In this document: positions 26,495-40,700 of the stretch, piece by piece
Layout: the number at the start of each line of letters is the position of its first letter
Position numbering within the stretch: position 1 is the stretch's first letter
DNA from: Eledone cirrhosa
Lineage: Eukaryota
Length of the DNA: 64,000 bases
Reading direction: 5' to 3'
Assembly: GCA_964016885.1 (NCBI GenBank)
Contig: OZ024746.1
Location: forward strand, 11,532,001 to 11,596,000
The notes under the pieces: generated by a model
Seen by the model: only the letters and a program-made list of their open reading frames with translations
Told to the model about the DNA's origin: nothing
The model's database searches: none
Made by a program: the position numbers and the translations under genes

Positions 26495-27060
26495 ATCATC
26501 CTCATCATCACCGTTTTGCGTCCATTCTTCCACGCTAGCATGGGTTAGACAGGTTGTCCTGTTGTGGGCAGTGTCCGATCGGCTGATCTTGTCTTGCTCA
26601 TACGGGAACTGATTCTGGCTTGATTTCTACAGCTGGATGCCCTTCCTAACACCAACCTCATTTACAGTGAGTGCTGGGTGCTTTTTTTCCGTGGCGCCTA
26701 CACGTCCACTTTACAGTGTGGGCTGGGTGCTTTTTTGCCGTGGCACCTCCACGACCACTTCGCAGTGGGAGGGGTGGGGACATATTGTCTATATGTTTCA
26801 GCTTCGGCTTGTACCCGTGGGAAGTCGGGTCTTCTGTATTACTGCGTGATGCTAGAGGTCACGGTCGTGTGTCATCGCCTTTGAGAGCTGCAATTGAGTA
26901 CGGTCAGCTTTTATCACCTCATCCCAGGTCTTCTTGCGTCTCCCCACTCCGCGGCTACTATCGACTTCTAGTGCTCTGCACCACTTTATGCAGCTGTCAT
27001 CCTTCATACGCATCACATGTCCATACTAACGCAACCTCCTCTCCTGCACACAGCCAATTC
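26495..27060 (-). mobile_element. 5'-truncated RTE-clade LINE (RT C-terminus, 3' UTR and (GAT)n tail)
   Basis: Encodes remnants of YGHVMRMKD..C..G.GRRKKTWDEVIKAD; nearly colinear with 31135-31835. Confidence 0.85.
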
Positions 27061-30000
27061 AGACAAAAAGGTGACCACAACCTTCTCGGGTGTATTATGT
27101 GACCAAGCTATAGAGCTCTGATGTTTAGACTGCTTTCTAGAAATGTCTCTCTTCCACAAAAGCCCTCCATGAGCAGTTGTATGAGGCATCTATTGAAATT
27201 CTTGGGTTTCAAAACTGCATAGTATCAAGATGGGTTTGTCTTCCCATACTTATGGAATATCAACTGTACTTGAAATGTTTTTTCTTTCTTCTTTTTACCA
27301 TTATTATTAGATTGATCCTGAAGGAGCTGGCTGTGTTCTTGGTTTTTGCAAGATCTCTGAGATTAGTGAGAGTGAAGTGATAAATTTTCCTCTTAAACAG
27401 TTTCAAGTAGACAGCTACAGGAAAACAAGGGAAAGGAGGAAATTTAAGAGGATTAATATTTTATAGAGGAATGACTAGACTTAGTGGTTAGTGTGGGGAC
27501 TGGGGGACACACATAAACACAATATATGTGATGAGAGAAGAGTTGAGTGAACTGAGTGCCAGTGTGGAGGTGGTGTGAGACCAGCCAGCTGTGAGGAACA
27601 GAGGACACAGTAGTAACAGTAGAAAAGACATTAGCCTTCTGTCTGTGAACATTTAGTTTACTTATCTCTGTATAATATTTCAGTAATGTAAAAAGAAGCT
27701 ACATTGACCTTGAAAAGACATTACCCAAACTGTGTCATCACAAAGACTAGTGATTTACCACAGAGCTACTACTATCTGCTATGATATAACAACAGTAAAC
27801 TGAACAGAATATAACATTTTATGAAACACTGTTTGATGCTTTCCGTTGGTCTTAATAGCTGCAATCAGAGATAATACATCTGACACAAAGCCCTGATTAA
27901 TTTATATTGGATTCAATGACAAGCAGACTGACAGAACTAAGCAACAGAGCATTATGTAGTATTCAAAGGGCTATGTAAGAGCCATCCAGGGAAGGATTTA
28001 AAGGGTAAATGTGCTTTGAGATTATGCAAATTAGAAATTAACACCACTCCTGAACAATATTATGTCCTATACATAGTATTGGCGAGACTGTTGAGCAGTG
28101 ACACACTACACACAAGTTTGTGACAGTTTAAATTCTGGCTCGTGATCAATAAATACACTTCCTGGCAAAAGCATGAACGGACCAATTTTTCATTTGCTCT
28201 CTCCTCAAAATATCAATCTCTAAATTTAAATATTGAAACAATTTTACATTAAAGGATACTTAAGAAAAATAACCACCACACCTACTCCCCAAAAAAGCAA
28301 AAACAAAATGAGAAAGATCCAAAGAATTACTATATAGAGAGGGAGGGGGGGTTATTGCCTTTAGCCACAGCTCAACTGATCATATACACATATGATCAAA
28401 AGTATTCTGTGACCAGTTTGTCCCTTTCTCTTATTTAAGATATGATATAATATAATAAGGGAAATCTGACTGCTATTTCCAGCAAGTCGAGCGACCATGT
28501 AGAGGCTTCGTTGTTGTGTAAACAGTAGTGGAGCAGCATAAATGTGCTTTTATAGGTCAACACTCTGACAAGCTGTTACTATCTAAAGAATAACTTTCAG
28601 TCAGGCACACCTTAGTGCTTTTAGAGGTACAGGTTTCATAAGGAAGGATAGATAGTATTATATGCATAAAAAAGTCAGAAATTAGTAATGAGAAAACAGA
28701 TAACACAAAACTGCATGGTGAAACATGATATCTACAAGTGGACAAAATGTAAAATAAAATAAAAGGTAATGAAATGGATGATAATTTGAAAAAATTTGAA
28801 AAGAGTGAAAGCAAACTTAGGTCTTAGTTACAATATTTAGTGCTAGAAAACAACCAGTTAAATATAATTTAGACAGAAATTAACAGGTTTGTTTTAAAAA
28901 GGTAGTACAGTTGATATTTGCTTGCTAGATTAAAGTAAGACATTTGTAGGGTGGCATTGTAATATATAAACCAATACTACCATCTGTTAATACCATTCAT
29001 GACAATTTATTATACAAAAGAGAAATTGTTTCTTTACAACTTACTTTTTTATAACACACACACACAAAGACTGATCAAAATGATATATTTTTATGAGTAA
29101 ATAAATCAAAGACATTGAATATCTTTAATCCAAATGTTTGAAAGTTACATGAAAGATTGCAATCATAGTAATTTCTCAGTGTAAATGTAAACAGTAATCA
29201 ACTTTAAATCAAAGATTTACACACTAATGGCAACTCTATCAATAAAGATATGAAAAAAAAACTATCCTTTGATAAAACTGATAAGACAGGAAATTTAAAA
29301 TACTGCAAAGAAATAAGAAACATTTTGGATGAAGCAATGCCATAATTAAGTTTGACCAATCTTTCAATGCTCAGATAGGACTGAAGTCTCTATCATTAAA
29401 ACACTAAAGAGACGTCCAGTGAGAAGCAGGTCAGTGAAACCTGTACAGGTGAGCCATAAAAACAACAGCAATATTTAGAATGTTAGATGTGTATATTTCA
29501 GTGGTGATAGTAGTTGTTTAGTCCTAGGTCAGCTCCATTTCAAAGATGTTCTACCCATTACCACTCTATCTTTCTTCCAGACAGTGTTCTTGGAGTACAT
29601 TATATATCTTACTATTTTTTAAAGGGGATAGATGTGTAATTTGAAGGAGATTTTGCTGCTATTCCTAGCAGGTGGAGAAACTATAAAAGTGCCACCAGAT
29701 GATAGTGGTAGAAATGAAAAACAAATTCAAGATGTCAGAAGACAGAGACTGAGCACAGCTGAGGTGCCAACGGTGGCTGGCACAAAGTGGTGGATCAAGT
29801 CTCAATTTTTCGTTATATTCCTCTCCTTTGCATTGTGGCCAGCAGTGCCAAGGTTGAAGGCAGCGAACAATTGAAGAATGTGGCATCCCAGAATAGGGAT
29901 TTACCTCCCTCGATGGAAAGAGGGCTATCCCACCTGGGCACTTACCATCACCATAGTCAAAGCCAGCTGGCTCCAGTTGTGAAGGGAAGCCAGCCATGTT

Positions 30001-30526
30001 GAAGCTCTACCTCATTATAACAACAATATAACACTTTAACTACAATATAATACTTTCATCATTAAACAAAACCTGCACAGCTGCATGGATTTTGTGCAAT
30101 CAATGGTTTATTTTATTCTTATTTACTAAATTATACTTGATTCTGAGATCTTGCACAATTTATGAGTAGGTGTAGGAAATATGCCATCTGATGTTAGTTG
30201 AGTTCAGCGCGATATGTAATGTATAAAAACACTATTATATTTCTACTAGAAATATAGTGGCATTTAAACCTGATTCATAAATGATATATACATATGAAAC
30301 ACAATTCACACACACAAACCCAATACTATACAAAACTCATCAAAACACACTAACGTGTACATATGCATATATATGTATGTGTGAGTATATATAGACGTGC
30401 ATAAAGAATCTACAGACACATGTATATTCACATAAATATACACAAACTGCATGAAAAATTCAGGCACTAGCAGATACACACATACACACACTTCCATCAA
30501 CAATATACAAATTACACTCACACACA

Positions 30527-30566
<40 letters not shown>

Positions 30567-30968
30567 AACACACAACATAATGTACATCTACGACACAGAC
30601 CAATAATCACATAAACTCACCCAAACTTATCCAAACATAAAAAAAACAAGAATTCAGACACATATGTATACACACACACAGACACACCCTCATACAAAAA
30701 CATAAACACACGCGCACGTGCACACAATTACTGACACACACACTTTCATCAACGATACACAAACCACACATACAAACAATAATGCACACCCACAAAATTC
30801 ATTCCATCTGCACACACATAATAGCACCCATGTCACACCTGGATCTCCACCTCGACCCCACCCCTGCATACCGGACTACTCACCTGCCCTCCCCAGGCTT
30901 CTTCAAACTTTTTTTTTTACCCCAAACTCTGTTGTTCTAGCCTTTCCTCTCTCAATCCAAACTCTCCA

Positions 30969-31004
30969 TTTCCTGAAGAAGGACCTATGTCCAATACGTC
31001 AAAA
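30969..31004 (+). ncRNA. Degenerate minimal hammerhead ribozyme (same family as 26364 and 59841)
   Basis: TTTC-CTGAAGA-a-GGAC ctat GTCC-aAtA-CGTC|aAAA; shares the downstream ...aaactaata block with the other two copies. Confidence 0.55.
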
Positions 31005-31134
31005 CCCTCATTTACTTCTTTCTAAGCGTGAAACTAATAAGACAGTGTTTTTACATCTCTGTGTTTCTCTTGTCTAGGCGAAACTCCAGAGTAACAAGAC
31101 TCACTTTTCAGCCTTAACATAAATGAAAATATCA

Positions 31135-32130
31135 ACATCATCATCACCGTTTTTACGTCCGTTCTTCCATGCTAGCATGGGTTAGACGGGTTGTCCTGTT
31201 GTGGGAAGTGTCTGGTCGGCTGACCATGCCTTGCTCATACAAGAACTGATTCTGGCTTGATTTCTATAACTGGATGCCCTTCCTAACACCAACCTCATTT
31301 ACAGTGAGTGCTGGGTGCTTTTTTTCCGTGGCGCCTACACGTCCACTTTACAGTGTGGGCTGGGTGCTTTTTTGTCGTGGCACCTCCACGACCACTTTGC
31401 AGTGGAATGATAGGGACCCCAGTCCTATCAACGCTTGATTTCTACAACTGGATGCCCTTCCTAACACCAACCTCATTTACAGTGAGTGCTGGGTGCTTTT
31501 TCCGTGGCGCCTACACGTCCACTTTACAGAGTGGGCTGGCTGCTTTTTTGCCGTGGCACCTCCACGACCACCTTGCAGTGGGAGGGTGTGGGGGCATATT
31601 GTCTATATGCTTCAGCTTGTACCCATGGGAGGTCAGGTACTCTGTATTACTGCGTGACGCCAGAGGTCACGATCGTGTGTCATCGCCTTTGAGAGGTGTA
31701 ATTGGGTAAGGTCGGCTTTTATCACCTCATCCCAGATCTTCTTGGGTCTCCCCACTCCGCAGTTTCCATTGACTTCTAGTGCTCTGCACCTTTTTATGCA
31801 GCTGTCATCCTTCATACGCATCACATGTCCATACCAACACTTTATTTCACATTGCTCCAGTTTACTCAGCTGTAGAAATGAGATGATAGGACTAGGGTCC
31901 CTATCATTCCACTGCAAAGTGGTCGTGGAGGTGCCTCAGCAAAAAAGTACCCAGCCCACATTGTAAAGTGGACGTGTAGGCGCGCGCCACAGAAAAAAAG
32001 CACCCAGCACTCACTGGAAATGAGGTTGGTGTTAGGAAGGGCATCCAGCTGTAGAAATCAAGCCAGAATCAGTTCCCATCCCACCCTTGCAAGCAGGGAA
32101 AAGCGGATGTAAAATGATGATGATGAATGA
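31135..32130. mobile_element. RTE LINE 3' fragment (31135-31835, minus, internally duplicated 3' UTR) fused to an inverted family B SINE piece (31838-32125, plus)
   Basis: ORF 31633..31917 contains WYGHVMRM...GRPKKIWDEVIKADL...DRDLWR, a typical RTE C-terminus. The right part is the reverse complement of the left 3' UTR. Confidence 0.87.
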
Positions 32131-32149
32131 TGATGATGAATGGTGATGA

Positions 32150-32201
<52 letters not shown>

Positions 32202-32739
32202 ACCTGCCCAAAACTGCGTCAGTTCTATGATAACCCCCCCCTCCCTTTTTAATTTTTTTTTTTTATTATTCATATTTAAATTAAAAAAATGTATTAAAAT
32301 CCTTCAAATTGTTGATTATTTACAAAATTAAGTGAAAACATAGGTGGTGTATTTCATTAGAAATATGGTACCAAAAGTGTTAATTTAATCACTGCATACA
32401 GATTACAATATTGAGAACTAAATAATTAAATAGAAGTGCAGTTATTAGCTGTGTGGTTAAGAATGTCAGTTGCCATTCTAGAAATACAGTGAACCAGTGG
32501 TTGGTTCAATGGAAACAAGTAACCAATATAAACAAAAAGCAATATAAAATAGGATAAATGTACCATTTGTTACCATAACAGAAAAGTATAAAGCTGCTAA
32601 CAATAAGTAAGTAGTACACAATGATTCATTAGAGAATTAATAAAAATTCATATTTAATTTCTTAGAAAATTCTTTTTATCTATAGTGAAACTTGTTTTAC
32701 AACTTGCTTATATTATTTCACAACCAATCATGTTGACTA

Positions 32740-34800
32740 GAGACATCCTGGTTCACAAACGTCCATTACATTCGTTGGTAATAATGAATATGGGGATTAC
32801 TTTGTGATACACATAAAAAACTGTGTGCTTTTAGGGTATTCATTGGCTTTTAAGTGGGATACCAGCCCTTTTTTAAGTGGGGTAATCAACACTATTTTAA
32901 CACAGTGCCTCTAAAACATAAATCAGAAGCAAGTGATCATGAGGAATCAAAAGAAACGAAAATGGTCAGAGTTGAAATTAGAGTGGAAATAAAGCAATTA
33001 GATAGGTGAAACCCCAACAAACATAAAAAGAAAAAAGTATGAGGTTACATTCAATCGGAACAATTTAATAGGAAAAAGTGAGAATAATAGAGTATACAAA
33101 AGGCTCTGTCTGATGAAAGCTATAATTATCCCTAAGCAATAAAATGGCTTAATTATTGGAACAAAAAGGCTTTTGGTAATTTGGTTAAAAAAACAAAATG
33201 AGCATAATATACCTATTAGCTTTCATTCAAAACTAGAAACGGTAACCCATTTCAGTGATTTAAAAGCTGCACATACAGGAAATGAAAATGATTGTGAGGA
33301 TGAATTTGAGTAGGGACTGGTTCAGTAATTTTAAAGGGAGGTTAAATTGACACAATATACATAAAGTAGGTGCTGAGGGCAAGTTTCTTGAAACACTGAA
33401 AACATTATCCGAGGAGGGGGGGGGGTATTTTGTGAGGGTAAATATTCAATGTAGGTGAGATAGGCTTGGAGAGGGGGGGGGGGGGGGGGGGGGGGCAGTT
33501 CATCATCATCATCATTTCATTTTACGTCCACTTTTCCCTGCTTGCAAGGGTGGGACGGGAACTGATTCTGGCTTGATTTCTACAGCTGGATGCCCTTCCT
33601 AACACCAACCTCATTTACAGTGAGTGCTGGGTGCTTTTTTGCCGTAGCACCTCCACGACCACTTTGCAGTGGCATGATAGGGACTGGGGTCCCTATCATC
33701 TCATTTCTACAGCTGAGTAAACTGAAGCAATGTGAAATAAAGTGTCTTGCTCAAGGAAACAACACATCACCCGGTCTGAGAATTGAACTCACAACCTTTT
33801 GATTGCAAGGCCAATGCTCTAACCACTAAGCCATGTGCCTCTACAATTTAAAGTGCTCTTGGGCATAACAATATGCCAGTGTTACTGTTTGGGGTGGCAG
33901 CAATTTGAGAAGCAAATGCAATGACTTTGAGATGATTTTGTTCCTATTATTGAATATTATAGCTCAACCAAGAATATTACCTTGAAGCGTTAATGTGTGT
34001 TTGATAATATGCTTGAATATTCGAACGCTTCAGATAACCTTCTGTCTAATATAAAAGGCACCACATTATTACTTCAGCCAATGGATCAAGAGGGCCGTAG
34101 CTTGCTAATTATACCAAACCTCACAAATAGTCAGGTTTACTTATGATGATACAATTAATTGAAAGAAATTCTACAAAAATTGACAGATAAAGTAAAAAAG
34201 ACAAATAGAAAAATAAAATGTGGAACAAATTGTGCCCTCAATTCACAAGTTTTTCAGAGGTTTACAAGATGACATCACCAAAGACAAATAAATGATGCTT
34301 GATATTGGTAATAATCAACTGCAGTTAAACATCAGTGAAGATGGTGTTATAACAGTTATTTGAATGGGATGCTAGAGAACTGACCTATAAAGATCTAGTA
34401 AAGTTTCTTACAGCAGATGGGAGAAATTCAGGAGGATGGTCAGGATCTAGTAACCTAAAAAACTAAAAAGTTTTTGACAAAACAGTTCACTTTGCGACCA
34501 AAATGGAGTTCTTCCAAAGAGTCTTTAGAGTAACGTTAGTCAATAGTGTGTGTAGCTCGGAGATCAGAGTCTTGCTCCGGGTAAAGTTGCTACTTCTCTG
34601 AAATGAGAGATCATAGCTCCGATATTACGATGAACATGTGGTTAGAATGTCTAAGAAAAGAACTGCTGGACAGATTTTATAGGAGAAGGAGGAGGAGGAG
34701 AAGAAGATCCTAATGCAGTTATTGACAGCCTCAGTTGCTACAAGGTGATTTTTTAATGAGAAAAAAAAGAGATTTATTCAAGTCTCCCTTGATGATTACT
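32740..34800 (+). mobile_element. Decayed Tigger/pogo-type DNA transposon interrupted by a SINE (33500-33843) and an RTE fragment (~34495-34685)
   Basis: Remnants LLVIWL..QN..NIPIS and SRDWFSNFK (CENP-B HTH region), TTLLLQPMDQ (DDE-1 motif, ~34060-34090) and a C-terminal CYK...EKK..IQVSL. Many stops and frameshifts. Confidence 0.75.
33500..33843 (-). mobile_element. Composite SINE (family B): tRNA-like head, central domain and RTE-derived 3' end with (GAT)n tail
   Basis: Head GGCACATGGCTTAGTGGTTAGAGCATTGG...GAGTTCAATTC has A/B boxes. The 3' part, GTTAGGAAGGGCATCCAGCTGTAGAAATCAAGCCAGAATCAG, is shared with the RTE copies at 26495 and 31135. Confidence 0.85.
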
Positions 34801-35313
34801 TCTAGAAATTGGCCTCTGGAGTAAGCAACAAAATCAAACCATGACATGCAAGTAGTGAGTCAATCCTTACCAATCCATCTTTTGTTTTTTTGCCTGCATC
34901 ATCTAATGTATGTCATCTTAATTATTAATCAAGTATGGTCCTTCCAGAATGTAGGATATGAATAGATACAAGAGTAAGGGTTAACTTTTAATCATTATCT
35001 TTTACCCTCTATCTAACTTTTTAAGAAATGTTTCTTCAATGTTTTAATACCCCCCCCCCCCCCCCCCCCCCACACATAGCTAACTCTTTCAATTATAAAT
35101 ACTATAGTTGCTGTTATTGCTCTGGTTGTTATTCATTATTATTCATTATATTAAAGTGCTAATAATTAGTGTGGTGTAAATTGGCACTCGCTGTGTGGAA
35201 AGGAGATGGTAAGAGTGTGTGCATGACGTATGTGTGTGTGTGGAGAGAGAGAGGGGGGGGGGGGCAATAAATGTTGACATTTTATATTTTTAATCTCTTT
35301 AGAGTGTTACACA

Positions 35314-35405
<92 letters not shown>

Positions 35406-37449
35406 CTAAAAGATGAATTGCTTTTTTATTCATATGTACTGTGTATATTATCTATAAATAAATTGCTGTGATCTTTAATACTTGGTGGTTGTTTCTAATT
35501 CAACCTGTGGAATTTCCACATGGCCAGCTTATTATTATTATTAAGATGGCTTGGGTAAAATATATGTCATATATAGAGGCAAACATTTGACTAACTGTCA
35601 CTTGATACAAGCTGTTTGTAACTGCTGCAACTTACAAATCCAAATTATAGGCAGACATAAGAAAAAAACTTGTTTCTAACAGGAGTGCATGTAAGTATAA
35701 TCCATTCATTCCTTGTCATAGCTCTTGAAAGAAGTACATGTACATAAAATATGAGAATACTGACACTACTGACATCTCGGGCCATTGATTCAACTACAAA
35801 CAGAAATAGTATTATATTTTAGCTTGGCAGCCTTATGTTTTACTTTCATGACAGATCAATAATTTAATAGATCATCCTAAATACATCTCAAAGTTAGCTT
35901 GCTTTCTACATTTTAAGTTAACAAATTCTTGATATTCAGAAATATTTGAGATAATTTCAGTGATATTAGTTGGAGGTCACTCTGCACACTCACACCTACA
36001 CACCCCACTCTTGGAAAGATAATTTCTTTTGACTCTCAATTTCTGAAATTCTGTTACAAGAAAAAAAAACGTTCATAAATAAATTTTCCTTTTGTACCAA
36101 CAAATGTTTTTATACTCACACACATACAAAAACAGAAAAAAAATCTGAATATTTTAGCTATCAAAGCAAACAAAATGGAAAATGAATTTAAAAATATTAA
36201 ACATAATTGTTTTTCTGATAAAAGCTGAGAGTGAGATATAAACCAGTGAATCTTACTTTAAACAATATTCATACAATGCTAGAAATGAGTAAGAAATGAG
36301 TAATTTCAAAATTAAATTAAAAAAAAAAACTCCCACAAATTCTTTTAACAATGTTTTAGGGAATTACTCCCTAGGTATAAAGAAGGTAGGACACAGGAAA
36401 TGTGAGCTTGCTGTGAAAGTGAAAGCAGATTATCTGTATCAGTTGAAGATGACTGTGTGGAGTATGGGGTGTTGTGATGTTAACATACAAGAAAGATAAA
36501 GTGAAAAGAACAACAACTATAGTGTTATGGACAAATAACTTGAATCAATGATAGATTTGGGGTGAAATATTCCCATAGATTTAATGGTGGATAGTACTCA
36601 TTGTACAAGAAAACTTGGCGAGAGAGAGAGACTACACTATATATCTATCCAATTTATGCTGGCACTCAAAAAAAAGCATATATTGATGATGGAAGCTGTT
36701 AAATATTCTCACTTGAAACTGTTTTACTTAATTTCACTAAAGCCTTTGAGAAAAACAAGAATGCAACACCTTATTTTCTCCTACTTTATCTTAAATTAAG
36801 TCAAATGGTAATTATATAAATTTCAAAGCAAAAATATTGAAATTATTTTATATTTTAATTCTATGCCAATTACCACTTTTGAGACCTGAAAATGTGGGGT
36901 GGAAATGGACAAAAGTATGTGTCGAAGCAGTGACTGTATTAGTAGACAAGAAATAATAATTATTTAATATTGACATAGCTTGTAATAAACTAGATAATTT
37001 AGTCAGTATTTTCCATAGAGAAAAAAAAAACACATTTTAAAATATATACTTTGTCAATTTTAAAAACAACTATAAAAAAAATATTTTCTCCCTATCTCAA
37101 ATTTAACAAGTTCACTAAAAGCAATTGTTAAAATAATATAACCTGTATTCATTTTCTAAGTAAAATCTGCTAGCTTTCATATTTTATAAATGTTTATACT
37201 TTTTAACTTTCTAATATAATTCAATATGAAAAAACAATATTCTCCTTGAACAAATACAACATATATTAATTATAACATATTTTCTATAGATATTTCAGAA
37301 GTTTGATGCTGGTAGAAAATAGCTGGTTAAATAGCAGATATAGGGTAACCTAATAAGAAGATTAGTGGAAATGTTAATTTAGAAAAGCCTTTTTAATTTA
37401 TGGGCAATATGTCTCTAATCATCAAGCTGGCAATCACTGCAGCATTGAA

Positions 37450-37712
37450 TTAACTCTTTCAATACCATATTTCTAATAAAAGACACTGCCTATGTCTTCC
37501 AAATCATTTTGAAAATAATCAAGAATTTGGAGGAATTTAGTAATGGAACTAACTTTCTCATTATTAAGTTGGTATTTGGAACATAACTTCACATAGGTTC
37601 TTACATAAAATTATGATGGAAGAATTTTCGATAAATATAAACATTTTAAAACAAAGTTTTGTATCATACAACGAAGGGCAGTGTCAGATGATTTGGTATC
37701 AAAAGGATTAAA
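37450..37712. mobile_element. TTAA-flanked MITE, second family; relatives at ~46-380, ~8140-8352, ~24225-24596, ~48758-48970 and ~56020-56295
   Basis: ttaactctttcaatacc ... ggtatcaaaaggattaa termini and shared internal AT-rich blocks. Confidence 0.65.
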
Positions 37713-40700
37713 TGATGTGATGTGGTATCTGGTTCCTGCATTCTGAGTTCAAATCCTGCTGAGATACAACCCCTAGAAGGCTGGCTAAACATATATAGGT
37801 GGGAGCCATAACAACATGTGCCTAATACATTTTAAGCTGCTTCTTTTCAATGACCTAAAGATATAAAGACGAGCAAATCCAAAATCTCTCCAGAAAATAA
37901 TATAATTTAATTCTATTTTCATGGACCATTATCCCTTACACCCTAAAAGCCCCCCCCCCCCCCAAAAAAAAACCCGCAACAGCTAATGAAAAGAGTGTGT
38001 GTCTTGCCCTAATACTTGTGACAAGAGCATGTTAATATTATATTCATCTGAATATATTATCTTCTAGAAAGAAAGGTGCTAGAATTAAAATCATTATTTG
38101 TGTACGCTTGAGATAACTGAAATAAAATGCAAATTCGTGTGATACATTTAAGAAGAGTTGGACTGTCCTAATCTCAACAACTTGCCATGAACAAACATCA
38201 AGAATATAACATAACTTGAATTATTTAAATACATTTGTATCAGACAGTAGAGGGAGGCCTTGCTTAACTTTGGAAAAAATCTGCACAAAAGTTATTTCAT
38301 CAAATATATTATTTTCAGCATTATTATCAGATAGTTTTCATTGTATTTTCTGACACATTGCTAAACATTATTACAGTTCCTGCTTATAAGCTGTTCTTTG
38401 AACTCTCTCTCTCGCTCTCCACACACACAAATAAAAACATCTAAAAGTTTCAGTTAATATATACAAACTAGGTTATATAAATTACATGAAAGAATCACAC
38501 AAGTTTTAACAATAAAGATTAAGTGATTTGAATAATTTCTCTACTCCCACAAATAACTGCTGAAACTGCTGCGAGACTTCCCTTTCCCCTTAGGAGAGGT
38601 TCATATATAATTCAATAAATAAATAAATAAAAATAATTCTGTTCAACTATGCAAATACTGGCTGTTTAGTGCAATGACTGTTGTGTTTAGGTCTCCAGAG
38701 AACTATTTCAATAGAATAGTTTCAATACCCATCAGTGAAAGAATTTCCATGATAACATTAAGAATAAACCGTGTTGGCTCTGCTGGAATTTAAAGTTGCA
38801 ATGATGAAGTGTTTAACTATGCCTATTAACATACCTAACAAAAGTATTTAACACATGAAGCAATATTATTATTATAGATGGCATTACAGTTATTATTATT
38901 ATAAATAAACCTATACACTGTTGATGCACATCTCAATCCCTTACAATAAAATATGAAAATTTATACATCGTAAAATACATCTCCAATTATTTCAAGCAGA
39001 ATGGTGTCAGCCATGGGAGTAAAACCAGATTAAGCTACAAGAGTCTTGTAATAGAAGTAAGTAATGTATGGAAGATAATAGTGAGAACAGTATCAATAAT
39101 AATTGGTGCAAAAGGTTTTTCCTCTTTTTTTCCTTTTACTACTTTCTGCCATTAGACTGCAGCCATGCTATGATACCACTTTAAAGGAATTTAATTAAAT
39201 ATCAACCCTTTTTTTTTCAAAACTGTTAAGTTACTAACTTACAGAATACACACATCATTGTCGTTTTAATGTCTGCTTTCCCTGATATATATATATATGA
39301 CAGTCTTCTTCAGTTTGGGTCTACTTATAATAGCAGGCACTTGCCCAAGATTCCTCATAGTGGGAGTAAAACCGAAACCATGTGGTTGCGAAGTAAACTC
39401 CTTCACCACACAGCAATGTCGGATAAATTATGTTTAAAAAAAAAGAAAAACTGAATAAAAACAATCTCCAACTAAACTGCTCCCCATCCTAGGTACAGCA
39501 AATATTCTATGCAAGACCCTATAACTGAGTAACGTTATAAACAATATCATAAAAATAAATCTAAACAAAAAAAAAAAGTCAAATCCCCTCATATGCCACG
39601 CACCTATTTTAGAAAAAGCAAGATTTGCATGGGTTGAATGAGACTTTTTAAAAGCAGTTTTTCTACAGCCAGGTTCACTTCCTGACACCAACCCATACCT
39701 ATTTTAAATATGGTATATACCACTGGCATCCACCATTTCACTACACTGTAGTACATATTGTTTATGGAGGACATAAACAAACATCAATGCTTGCTTTTTA
39801 AACAGTTGATATGAAAATATTTGTGACAACTGTCTCTAGAGATGGTTAGAAGAAGAATTAAAGATAATAAAGAAGGCAGATCCATTAACAAACTTTCCAT
39901 GAAAGATATCTCCAGTGTACAGTAGAAGATGAGGGCATAATACTGATTTTTTATATTGATAAAAGGCCACCAAGTTATATTTATATGGATGAGATAAAAT
40001 TGATGCATTTATGGTATTTAATCTAAGGATGAATAGTAAACTCAACTCTAGCAGGATTTGAACTCAGAAGATAAAGTAATATAAATAACAACAATGGATA
40101 AGTGATTTTTAAAAAAATGGTAACACAGTACTTGACACTTTCATTTTATCAGAAATTTGATTTGTGTCATTATAATTTTTACACTTTAAATCAGCTGTTT
40201 ATGAATGGTTTACATCTATATTAGAATTTCTTTCCCATATCACTTTCTCTAACAAATTGAATATGATAATTTTAAAAGGAATTCAGCATGTACTAAAACA
40301 GAAACAAAACAGCTTTATTCTCCTTTGATTTAAAATCAACATTGATATTTTACCATTTATGTAACAAGGTTTTTATAAATTTACTGAAGTTTGTCATATT
40401 GGCTATAAGTGTGATGACAGTTATGGTTTCACCATGATGCAATGAATAGGGTATATTAATGTTTCTGGGACAACATATAATTATTTGCAAAACAGTAGTA
40501 AAGAGTAAAATGGATAAAAGTAATTTTAGGACAGATGGAACAAAAATACTAGTGTAAGTGATCAGAGAAAAATATCAAAACACATGAGTGAAATAGTGAA
40601 ACCAAAGGAAAATACAAAAAGCCTGGGATAAGTGAAACATGACAAAAGAAAGTTGAAATAAGCAAATATAATGACATGGCTGGATAAACACCAATGGAAG

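Noticed and set aside
27299-27414. Strong polypyrimidine acceptor with open frame on the minus strand
   Set aside because: The peptide (FPVAVYLKLFKRKI) looks like a LINE ORF2 C-terminal remnant and the donor is weak.
33770-33843. tRNA-like sequence
   Set aside because: It lacks a proper acceptor stem and runs into a SINE body; it is a SINE head.
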